Source: Pseudomonas sp. 18175
GTDB taxonomy: Bacteria > Pseudomonadota > Gammaproteobacteria > Pseudomonadales > Pseudomonadaceae
Length of the DNA stretch: 32,000 bases
Assembly: GCF_050432925.1 (NCBI RefSeq)
Contig: NZ_JBKFTO010000008.1
Location: forward strand, 49,593 to 81,592
Direction of reading: 5' to 3'
Shown: positions 24,558-32,000 of the stretch, one piece after another
Position numbering within the stretch: the stretch's first letter is position 1
How the letters are laid out: each line of letters begins with the position of its first letter
Made by a program: the position numbers and the translations under genes
Notes under the pieces: model-generated
The model's input: only the letters and a program-made list of their open reading frames with translations
What the model was told of the DNA's origin: nothing
Database searches by the model: none

Positions 24558-25208
24558 ATGCACACGTTGTTTGCCCAACAGCGCCTGTCGCAGTACGCAG
24601 AAGCCCGCGAGTATGTCGAGTTGGGCGCCCGGCTGGTGACCGTGCAACGCCTGACCGGCTTGCGTCCACCCGACCTGCACCGTTGGTTTTTCCGAGACCC
24701 CAGGCAGGCGCAATTCGGCCGGCCACCGAATGCGGTGCAGTGGTACACGCTGGCCAATCTGTTGCAGCGGGTCGACGCCTGCTTGTTCGCGGCGCCGTTC
24801 CAGCGCCTGATCACACGGGGCTTTGCCCCTAAAGCGGCGCTGCTCAACGCCTATCGCGGCTACCTGGAACTGGGCCTGTGCCAACCACGAGTCGACTTCG
24901 ACCGCGCCGTAGACCTGGCCGGGCATATAGCCGGTCTCTGGCTGACCCACACCGCGCATCTGATCGTGCTCACCTGCCCACTCTGTGCCTGCGACACCTT
25001 GAGCACGCAGGGCCTAAAAACACCCTTGGACTGCCCGTTCTGCCAGTTGCAGTCGCGCTACCCGCGCGACAAACGCGTACGGGTGCACTTCCCCACTCCC
25101 GTGCCGCGCCAACTCGCCATGCCGCGGCTGGGCATCAGCGCCTTCTGTCCCGGCTTATCCCAACCCACGTCTACGCCGCCCTCGTTTTCGCGCAGAGCCC
25201 AGCGATGA
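24558..25208 (+). CDS. FlhC-like transcriptional activator subunit (SetC/AcaC/BisC-like)
   Basis: YAEAREYVELGARL... parallels ARDIQLAMELITLGARL in FlhC. It also has ...AYRGYLE... and a CPLCACD-x14-CPFCQ zinc site like the FlhC CxxC...CxxC. Its stop overlaps the relaxase start (ATGA at 25205-25208). Confidence 0.65.
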   Translation: MHTLFAQQRLSQYAEAREYVELGARLVTVQRLTGLRPPDLHRWFFRDPRQAQFGRPPNAVQWYTLANLLQRVDACLFAAPFQRLITRGFAPKAALLNAYRGYLELGLCQPRVDFDRAVDLAGHIAGLWLTHTAHLIVLTCPLCACDTLSTQGLKTPLDCPFCQLQSRYPRDKRVRVHFPTPVPRQLAMPRLGISAFCPGLSQPTSTPPSFSRRAQR

Positions 25209-26761
25209 GCCAACCCCTTTCGCCCTCACCGACACAAGAGTTGACGGCCCTGCCAGTGTCGCAGGTACTGGCGCAGCATCAGGAATGGATTGAGCGGATT
25301 CGCGTGTGCTACGGCGCCGAGCGCCAGCACTTTGAACACGAGGTGTTGAGCGTCATCGAAGGTTATGCGGCCTATGTGCACTTACTGCCAGCGACGCCAG
25401 CAGATGCCTTTTGTGAACCAGGCGGCTTGCTGCGCCTGGGCTTGGAGACCGCGTTCTACAGCCTGCAAGGCAGCGACGGGCAAATCTTCGCCGGGCGTGC
25501 CAGCCTGTCCAGCCGCCGCCACCTGGAACCGCGCTGGCGACTGGCGGCGCTGATCGCCGGTCTATGCGCCGAAGCCTACCGGCCGCTGGCACAGATGCGG
25601 ATCACTTCGCCCAACGACGCAGCCTGGCCGGCGGCGCTGGAGCCACTGGCACACTGGTTGCGAAACAACGACGTGGAACGTTATGCCGTGGGTTGGCGAG
25701 CGAACCTAGCGGAAGCGCGCAGCCTGAACCTGTTCGTCTTGCCGCATCTACTGCCCGCCGGAGTGTTGCGGCATCTGGCCGATAGCAATGAAGTGATTAT
25801 CCCGCTGTTGCTGAACAGCCTGGCCAATGAACCGCAACACACGTCACCCAACCAGCTATTGGATCTGGTGCGACGCGCACAGAGCGTGGTGATTGATCGG
25901 CAACGACGTCAGTACGCCGGCTGCCACATCACATTCGCTCGCCCACCCTCCCCGCACCAGGCGCTCGACGCTGCACTGCGCCAACTGTGTCAGCACAACC
26001 CCGCGTGGTGGCCAAACCGCCCGAAGAGCCGGCTGTGGTGGGGAGCAGACGGCGTTTTTTTGATCTGGCCGGGGGCCGCTGCCGAACTGCATCGGGCGCT
26101 GCACGATGTGCTGCAGACGAAGCTGCCGGACGATCCCGAGGCCTTGTTGCCCTGGCTGGCCGACGCAGAACTGCTGCAGGCAACCCCGGCGGCGGACTTG
26201 CTTTGGCCTATCCAGCCACCGCCCGCCCAGACGCCGCAGACCGCCCTCAAACTGCTGGACAGCCCACCCTGTTGGGCGGACCTGGACCCAAAGCCCACGC
26301 CGCTGGACCAATGCCTAATGCCTCCGCCCATCGCGCGCCCGCCCACCCTAGCGCCCGAACAGTGGCCCTTGCCGTTGGAGCCAGAACCGGAACCATCCGC
26401 CCCCGAACAACCACCGCCCTTGATCTTGCAGGCACCGCTCCGCCTGAATCCGACCGTACGCGATGCGCTCACCCTGGCCCTGCCCACCCTGTACGCCCCC
26501 TGCGCCACCGCCCAGGTGCGCACCGTCGCCGAGGGCCTGTTTGTACCGCTGAGCACGTTTGAGCAGCACCGCGTGTTGCCGGCGGCCGCGCTACGTGCAC
26601 TGGACGACGCCGGCATGCTGGTGCCGTCAGCGACCGACGCCGCCCCCACCCACACGCGCGACTTTGCGGGTACACCCACCCACGGCGTCATCATCGCACC
26701 GCGCTTTATCGGTGGACTGGACCCGGCCGCCTTCATCCCCCCGACGGAGCCGGAGCCCTGA
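25205..26761 (+). CDS. traI: MobH/TraI_2-family ICE relaxase homologue (PFL_4751/TIGR03760-like), with a proline-rich region
   Basis: The ATG at 25205 is coupled to the upstream stop. The segments YAAYVHLLPA...GGLLRLGLE, ...W..AALIAGL..., ...GVFLIWPGAAAEL... and its position directly upstream of traD fit this relaxase family. The ORF-track start at 24878 lies inside the FlhC-like gene. Confidence 0.6.
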   Translation: MSQPLSPSPTQELTALPVSQVLAQHQEWIERIRVCYGAERQHFEHEVLSVIEGYAAYVHLLPATPADAFCEPGGLLRLGLETAFYSLQGSDGQIFAGRASLSSRRHLEPRWRLAALIAGLCAEAYRPLAQMRITSPNDAAWPAALEPLAHWLRNNDVERYAVGWRANLAEARSLNLFVLPHLLPAGVLRHLADSNEVIIPLLLNSLANEPQHTSPNQLLDLVRRAQSVVIDRQRRQYAGCHITFARPPSPHQALDAALRQLCQHNPAWWPNRPKSRLWWGADGVFLIWPGAAAELHRALHDVLQTKLPDDPEALLPWLADAELLQATPAADLLWPIQPPPAQTPQTALKLLDSPPCWADLDPKPTPLDQCLMPPPIARPPTLAPEQWPLPLEPEPEPSAPEQPPPLILQAPLRLNPTVRDALTLALPTLYAPCATAQVRTVAEGLFVPLSTFEQHRVLPAAALRALDDAGMLVPSATDAAPTHTRDFAGTPTHGVIIAPRFIGGLDPAAFIPPTEPEP

Positions 26762-26762
26762 A

Positions 26763-28655
26763 ATGTTGCGTCGTTACGAAATGCCCTGGCGCCGCGCCTA
26801 TGAGCTGTATGCCGCGATTGCCTGGGGCCTGGGCCTTTTGTGGCTGGTCGCCGTCGGCCTGCCCGGCTGGCTGCATCCACGCCTGGCCCTGCCGTTGGCG
26901 CTGTTGTGCCTGCTGCTGGCGGTACGGCGCCTGGCCCAGGCCCTGCAGGTCTTGATCCTCCGTGCTTCGCTGGTCGGCCATGCCATGCAAACCCTCAGCA
27001 CCCGCGAACTGGCCCGCTGGTGCCAAGCACCGGATCAAGTGTTCCTCGGTTTCGGTTTCGAGTGGCAGCCGCAGCATTCCCAGCGCCTGTATGAGCTGGC
27101 CAAGATCGACTACCGCGACCTGCTCGCCCCGCCCCGCGTCTTGCGCTGGCTGGGCTACCGCCGCCCACCCCAACCCGACGCCGAGATCGGCCTGCCCTAC
27201 CTGCACGGCGTCGAACCCCAGGAGCAGGCGCTGTACCGCCCACTGCAGAACTTCGAGGGCGGCACCCTGCTGGTTGGCACCACCCAGTCCGGCAAGGGCG
27301 TGGCCCTGGCCACCCTGATCACCCAAGCCGTCCGCCGCGGCGACGTGGTGATCGTGCTTGACCCGAAAAACAGCCAACGCCTCAAGCGTGTTGTGCAGCG
27401 TGCCTGCGACGATTACCGCGAACCCGGCACCTTCCTTGAATTCCACCCCGCCTTCCCCGAACACGGCGTGCGCCTGGACTTCACCTTCAACTGGCAAAAG
27501 CCCACCGAAATCGCCTCACGCATCCAATCGGTACTCCCGCCGGACACCGGTGGGGCCTTTGCCGCCTTCGCCTGGGATGCGGTCAACGTGGTGGTGCAGG
27601 CGCTGGTCGATATCGAAGAACGCCCCAACCTGCTCAAGCTCACCCAATGCATCGAAGGCGGCATCGAACCGGTACTGGAACGCTCGCTGTCCCGCTACTA
27701 CGAACAGCAACTGGGCCACGGCTGGCGCGAGCAGGCCACCCTGAAAAAGCTCCTGGACGACGCCCGGCGCGGCAAGCTCAAACGCCCCTCGGACGCGACC
27801 AGCCCACAATTGCTGGCCCTGGTCAGCTACTACGAGCACCACCTGCCCGCCGCCCAACGCACCAAGGTGCTCGACGCCCAGGTGCGCACCTTCCGCCACA
27901 ACCGCGAGCACTACCAGAAGATCACCGCCAACCTGCTGCCGATCCTGTCGATGCTGACCTCCGGCGACCTCGGCCGCAGCCTCTCACCCGACCCGTTCGA
28001 CCCCCACGACCTACGCCCGATCATGAACTTCGAAAAGATCGAACAGGCCGGCCATGTGCTGTACATGTGCCTGGACTCCCTGCCAGACCCCGCCGTGGCC
28101 TCGGCCATCGGCGCCCTGGCCCTGGCCGACCTCGCCGCACGCGCCGGCATGCGCTACAACCTCGGCGGCGGCCGGCGCATCGCCCTGTTCGTCGACGAAG
28201 TGGCCAACGTCATCAATGCCCCGCTGATCGAACTGCTCAACAAAGGCGCCGAAGGCGGCGTCTACACCACCTGCGCCATGCAAACCCTCGCCGACCTGGC
28301 CGAACGCCTCGGCAGCGAACACGCCGCACGCAAGGCCCTGGGCAACCTCAATAACCTGATCGCCCTGCGCAGCAAGGACCGCCCGACCCAGGACTTCATC
28401 GTCGAAACCTTCGGTAAAACTGCCGTCCACAGCCTGCGGCACGGCCTGTCCAGCGGCGCCGACGCGCACCTTGGCGACTTCTCGTCGAGCCACTCAACCA
28501 CAGTGATTGAAGGGTTCGAAGAACGCGTACCGGCCGACATGCTGGGCAAACTGCCTAACTTGCAGTACTTCGCCTCCGTCTCGGGCGGGCGCCTGCTGAA
28601 AGGGCGCTTTCCCATCATCGTGCCGGACAGTGAAGACATGGAGGAACCGCCATGA
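26763..28655 (+). CDS. traD: Conjugative coupling ATPase TraD (PFGI-1/ICEclc class, VirD4/FtsK-like)
   Basis: The ATG at 26763 is 2 nt after the traI stop. It has two N-terminal TM helices, a Walker A GTTQSGKGV and a Walker B-like RIALFVDEV. About 630 aa. Confidence 0.8.
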   Translation: MLRRYEMPWRRAYELYAAIAWGLGLLWLVAVGLPGWLHPRLALPLALLCLLLAVRRLAQALQVLILRASLVGHAMQTLSTRELARWCQAPDQVFLGFGFEWQPQHSQRLYELAKIDYRDLLAPPRVLRWLGYRRPPQPDAEIGLPYLHGVEPQEQALYRPLQNFEGGTLLVGTTQSGKGVALATLITQAVRRGDVVIVLDPKNSQRLKRVVQRACDDYREPGTFLEFHPAFPEHGVRLDFTFNWQKPTEIASRIQSVLPPDTGGAFAAFAWDAVNVVVQALVDIEERPNLLKLTQCIEGGIEPVLERSLSRYYEQQLGHGWREQATLKKLLDDARRGKLKRPSDATSPQLLALVSYYEHHLPAAQRTKVLDAQVRTFRHNREHYQKITANLLPILSMLTSGDLGRSLSPDPFDPHDLRPIMNFEKIEQAGHVLYMCLDSLPDPAVASAIGALALADLAARAGMRYNLGGGRRIALFVDEVANVINAPLIELLNKGAEGGVYTTCAMQTLADLAERLGSEHAARKALGNLNNLIALRSKDRPTQDFIVETFGKTAVHSLRHGLSSGADAHLGDFSSSHSTTVIEGFEERVPADMLGKLPNLQYFASVSGGRLLKGRFPIIVPDSEDMEEPP

Positions 28656-29260
28656 TCCGCGCCATCGCCGTGACGTCGCTGGTGACCTTGCTGATCCTGG
28701 TGCTGTACCTGCCCTCGGCGCATCCACCCGAGCGGTTCTTGGCGCAACTGCGGACGGAGCATGTCGCCAGCATTTCCTTCTGGGGACCGGAGGCCGCGAA
28801 CCGCATTCTTAACCGCGCCTTGCGCCTGCAGGGCGACACGGCCCAGATCACGCCCTTACCCAAGCCCTCCGCCACACCGGACAACGCCACGGCGCAGGAA
28901 ATGAGCGCGATGAACCGGCGGCTATTCAACAACCCCTACTTCCGCTCGATCGACGCCCTACTCCTGCTCGCCAGCTACCGCGCCGCCGTGCTGCTGGAGT
29001 GGTTGCCCTGGCTCGCTGGGCTGATCGCCGTGATGGTCATCGACGCCAGCCTGCAGCGCAGGATCAAGGCCAAGGAGTTTCGGCAGCACGATCCAGAGTT
29101 GTTTGCGTTGTATGCCGGGCTGGGGATTTTTACGGCGTGTGCCAGTGTGTTGGCGTGCGCGGCGCCGGTCACTTGGCATCCGATGGTGATGCCGCTGCTG
29201 CCGCTGGTGGTGGGGCTTTGGGGGAGTCTGGCGTGGGGGCACTATCATCGGAGGGGATAG
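28652..29260 (+). CDS. ICE integral membrane protein (PFL_4697/TIGR03747-like)
   Basis: The ATGA overlap with the traD stop indicates coupling. 202 aa with 3-4 predicted TM helices. Its position after traD matches PFGI-1-type ICEs. The family call is from memory. Confidence 0.5.
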   Translation: MIRAIAVTSLVTLLILVLYLPSAHPPERFLAQLRTEHVASISFWGPEAANRILNRALRLQGDTAQITPLPKPSATPDNATAQEMSAMNRRLFNNPYFRSIDALLLLASYRAAVLLEWLPWLAGLIAVMVIDASLQRRIKAKEFRQHDPELFALYAGLGIFTACASVLACAAPVTWHPMVMPLLPLVVGLWGSLAWGHYHRRG

Positions 29261-29545
29261 GTTTCATTCCAGCATCCACGCAACATTCCATTGTGCTTAT
29301 AGACACCACTTCAGAGTCAATGTAGCTTTTTGACATCGTGATCATGGATCGTACCGAAAGTCTGCCAAGAGGGAACTGGAGTGCTAGTAAAATCCCTTCA
29401 CCCAACCAATTTCAATATGCGCCCATCACTCGAGCAACCTATAGTTCTGGCCTCGTTACTAAAAAACAGGCAGGTGACCTGAAATTTCCAGTTGTAATAA
29501 ATCTATCCCATAACTTTTAAACAAACGACAATAGATAGGCATACA

Positions 29546-31015
29546 ATGGCAACCGAAAGCGAAGTCAGCATCGGTGGAACGTATCTTGGCGGAACAGCTA
29601 GATATCTTGGGGACGAGCAAGCGTCACTCTTCAATTCATCCGATCTTGTGGCAACTGGAGATATCAAGGACGACTCATTCCGTCGAGTCTACAGCATTAG
29701 TATTGCAGAACTCCGTCGCCGTCTAGAAGCACTTGGTTATTCACTGCCCCAGGTACGTAATGAGATAGTTTCAAATTTAAGAAACGGCTACAAAGAACTC
29801 GAAGCAGACGCCCCAACTCAATGCAAAGAATTTCTCGACTATGGCTGCTCAATAACAATCGAACAGCTTATCGAACTAGCCCAACAGTGGAAAACATCAG
29901 ACAAAAGCGAATGGAACTATCTGTCCCAATTTAACATGGATAACTTTCCAGAGACTCTTCTTGAATTTATTCAAGGGTGCAGCTCCGAACTCCTATTACC
30001 CTCTCAAAATATTTGGCTGCACGGCCACTATTTCGAGCGACTACTATGCGAAGTTCATACAGATGACGAGCTATTTGAAATAGATTTCACGCAACTTATC
30101 CGTGCCGGCTATTACAAGCCTGACGCTCAACCAATTTCCGATGATTTCGACCATTCGCTTACGCGATTTCATCCGCGCGCCTTCAGACTCATGGATACCC
30201 TGACGGAAGAGGAGTCCGATACACTCGAATTCAAGTCCGTGTCGGCAGGCAATCCATCCAAAGCCATTGCTAAGCAACTGCCGAAGTACCTCATTGGCTT
30301 TCTGAACAACAAAGGTGGTCAAGTTTTGTTCGGCGTAAGCGATGCCGGCATCGCTGAAGGAGTTTCGCTCAATCGCAATGATCGTGACTTGTTATATCGC
30401 GAGATTGCAGCCGCCACCTTATGTATCACACCGAATATAGCTCAAACTGAAGTTAAAGTAGAGCTACGCCCTTTGATTAGTGCTGGCACGGAAGTAAGTG
30501 ATAAATTCGTTGTTGACATTTCCGTTCCATGCGGCAGACCCAACGAAATGTACTTCACAACTAGTGGAGAGACCTGGTATAGGTTCGGCACAACTACGAA
30601 CTCACTTACAGGGCACAAGTTATTTAATCACATATGCGCCCGCTACAGCTCGGCCGACAATTTACTCAGAGCCGTAACCCAACGTTATCACGCAGCTACC
30701 GATGAAATACGACGTATGGAGCAAGACGAGGCCCGTTCCCAAGCAGATCTCGCAGAAAAGAAAGACGAGTTGTCGGCATTGCGGGAAAGTGTATCTTCCG
30801 CCTGGAAACTACTCAAAGAAACAGATCTGATCTGTCCATCCTGCGACTCTCCGATCGCGCGCAGACATTCTTTTGAAGAAACCCTATCAATCGGCGGGAA
30901 AGATATAGGCGCAGATTGCGAATACATCGAGTATACCTGCGGCTATTCCACTCGAGACGATCGCACCGAACCGTTATCGCCATGCTCAAACAAAGCCCAA
31001 CCGCAGTCCGAATGA
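29546..31015 (+). CDS. Schlafen/AlbA_2-domain protein with an unknown N-terminal domain, a coiled coil and a C-terminal zinc ribbon (candidate defence protein)
   Basis: AT-rich. ESDTLEFKSVSAGNPSKAIAKQLPKYLIGFLNNKGGQVLFGVSDAGIAEGVSL (from about nt 30209) is the AlbA_2 (PF04326) signature E..LEFK...i.k.i.AF.N..GG.l.iGV.d.G.i.G. A heptad-like segment EIRRMEQDEARSQADLAEKKDELSALRES follows. Cysteines CPSCDSP...CEYIEYTC lie near the C-terminus. Confidence 0.7.
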   Translation: MATESEVSIGGTYLGGTARYLGDEQASLFNSSDLVATGDIKDDSFRRVYSISIAELRRRLEALGYSLPQVRNEIVSNLRNGYKELEADAPTQCKEFLDYGCSITIEQLIELAQQWKTSDKSEWNYLSQFNMDNFPETLLEFIQGCSSELLLPSQNIWLHGHYFERLLCEVHTDDELFEIDFTQLIRAGYYKPDAQPISDDFDHSLTRFHPRAFRLMDTLTEEESDTLEFKSVSAGNPSKAIAKQLPKYLIGFLNNKGGQVLFGVSDAGIAEGVSLNRNDRDLLYREIAAATLCITPNIAQTEVKVELRPLISAGTEVSDKFVVDISVPCGRPNEMYFTTSGETWYRFGTTTNSLTGHKLFNHICARYSSADNLLRAVTQRYHAATDEIRRMEQDEARSQADLAEKKDELSALRESVSSAWKLLKETDLICPSCDSPIARRHSFEETLSIGGKDIGADCEYIEYTCGYSTRDDRTEPLSPCSNKAQPQSE

Positions 31016-31037
31016 AGCCCTCCTCAGGAGACGGTTA

Positions 31038-32000
31038 ATGAGCCAACAACGCTTGAACCCTGAATTGGATGCACAAAAATTAAGAGAAAATGCACTCACT
31101 TCGATCCGACTCGGCATTGAAGATTTTGAAAGATGCCAAACGGCTCCGAGTTCCGGAGGCGACCCAGCTCGTGCCCTCTCCGCAGTACGGAATCTTTTCG
31201 CGGGAGTACTGCTGCTGTTCAAGTACAAAATTGCCATTTCGGTGGACGATCCCAACGACGCCGCATCACTCATTTTCACACCTCCAGAAGTTCTACCCCA
31301 AAGCGATGGCAATGGAGGCGTCGAGTGGGCACCCAAAGGAAAATTCAAGCCGACAACCATTGATGTAGGAACAATTAAAAAACGGTTTGAAGGCTTCGAA
31401 ATCAACGTTGATTGGAAGGTGGTAGAGAGACTTCAGAACTGCCGCAATCATCTGGAACATCTGCATCCTGCAACGACATTAGGTGAGGTCGCTGATTTCG
31501 TCGCAGAGCTCTTTCCGGTGGTGCGTGACTTCATCCAGGTCCAGCTGGAAGAACCCCCAGCTGATATTTTGGGCACAGCTTGGCAAACCATGCTGCTGCA
31601 TCACAGCTTCTTCGTGGATACGAAAGAACAATGCAGAAAGGCTTGGGCAGCAGCAAATGTTCCAGACGGCATGACACCTTGGCTTGACGAAAGCCAATGT
31701 GAAGAGTGTTCGTCTTCTCTACTGACCCCCGGCCCACTATTTATTGATGATGGTGCGAGTGTAGAAAGGGACGAAGATACCTTTGAATATCTATGTTTGG
31801 CATGCGGCAATACCGACCTCATTGTTCCACTCATCGTCGAAACTTTAAACAAAGCTCACGACTATGATCCACGGGATGGAGAGGAGCCCAGCGTAGAAGA
31901 CTGCATAGAGTGCGGGCATGGGACATTTGTTATTTATGAACAGAATTGTCTGTGGTGTAAGACAGAGCTTGAGTACACAGAGTGCTGGATCTGTGAAGAA
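31038..32000 (+). CDS. HEPN-like (Rx4H) protein with multiple CxxC zinc ribbons; 3' end outside window
   Basis: It is not in the ORF track because no stop is reached. I translated 321 codons from the ATG at 31038 (8 nt after AGGAG) to nt 32000 with no stop. It has a helical N-domain with LQNCRNHLEHLH (R-N-x3-H at 31443-31460). Then come CEEC...CLAC, CIEC-x12-CLWC and CWIC. It starts 22 nt downstream of the AlbA_2 gene. Confidence 0.6.
   Translation, partial: MSQQRLNPELDAQKLRENALTSIRLGIEDFERCQTAPSSGGDPARALSAVRNLFAGVLLLFKYKIAISVDDPNDAASLIFTPPEVLPQSDGNGGVEWAPKGKFKPTTIDVGTIKKRFEGFEINVDWKVVERLQNCRNHLEHLHPATTLGEVADFVAELFPVVRDFIQVQLEEPPADILGTAWQTMLLHHSFFVDTKEQCRKAWAAANVPDGMTPWLDESQCEECSSSLLTPGPLFIDDGASVERDEDTFEYLCLACGNTDLIVPLIVETLNKAHDYDPRDGEEPSVEDCIECGHGTFVIYEQNCLWCKTELEYTECWICEE

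Noticed and set aside
25990-27497. Long minus-strand ORFs (25990-26880, 26733-27497) opposite traI/traD
   Set aside because: These are high-GC antisense artefacts. The plus-strand genes have Walker motifs, family-typical segments and coupled starts.
29338-29520. 60-aa ORF in the AT-rich spacer upstream of the AlbA_2 gene
   Set aside because: It has a GTG start without an RBS and no recognisable features. The region more likely holds the promoter of the downstream operon.
1-32000. Scan for CRISPR arrays, tRNA/rRNA genes, IS transposases and terminal inverted repeats
   Set aside because: No short regularly spaced repeats, tRNA-like cloverleaf sequences or DDE/serine transposase-like ORFs were seen. 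The only long repeat is the rhs core duplication.

Overview
The window is high-GC and Pseudomonas-like, with three blocks. All family assignments come from motifs read by eye in the supplied translations; no homology search was possible.

(1) nt 1-13.9 kb is a type VI secretion (T6SS) segment. It runs tssJ(partial)-tssK-tssL-hcp-PAAR-vgrG-Eag/DUF1795 chaperone, then a 1.5k-aa prePAAR Rhs effector with an AT-rich C-terminal toxin and a SUKH/SMI1-type immunity gene. Next comes an orphan Rhs C-terminal module, whose core matches the main gene at a constant 2597-nt offset. It carries a different toxin tip and its own immunity gene. A third, internally deleted Rhs remnant follows.

(2) nt 14-29.3 kb is part of an integrative-conjugative-element (ICE)-like island:
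- XRE regulator and a DUF1566-like protein.
- A minus-strand alpA / tyrosine-recombinase-like (no catalytic Tyr) / DUF1173-like operon, and a PFL_4669-like protein.
- A GHKL ATPase overlapping a Zn-ribbon/Toprim primase, then DUF932.
- An FlhD/FlhC-like pair, a MobH/TraI-like relaxase homologue, the TraD coupling ATPase and an ICE membrane protein.

(3) From nt 29.26 kb the sequence drops abruptly to AT-rich cargo. It holds a two-gene operon: a Schlafen/AlbA_2-domain protein plus a HEPN-like (RNHLEH) multi-zinc-ribbon protein that runs off the window. This is my best candidate for an undescribed defence system.

No rRNA, tRNA, CRISPR array or transposase was seen.
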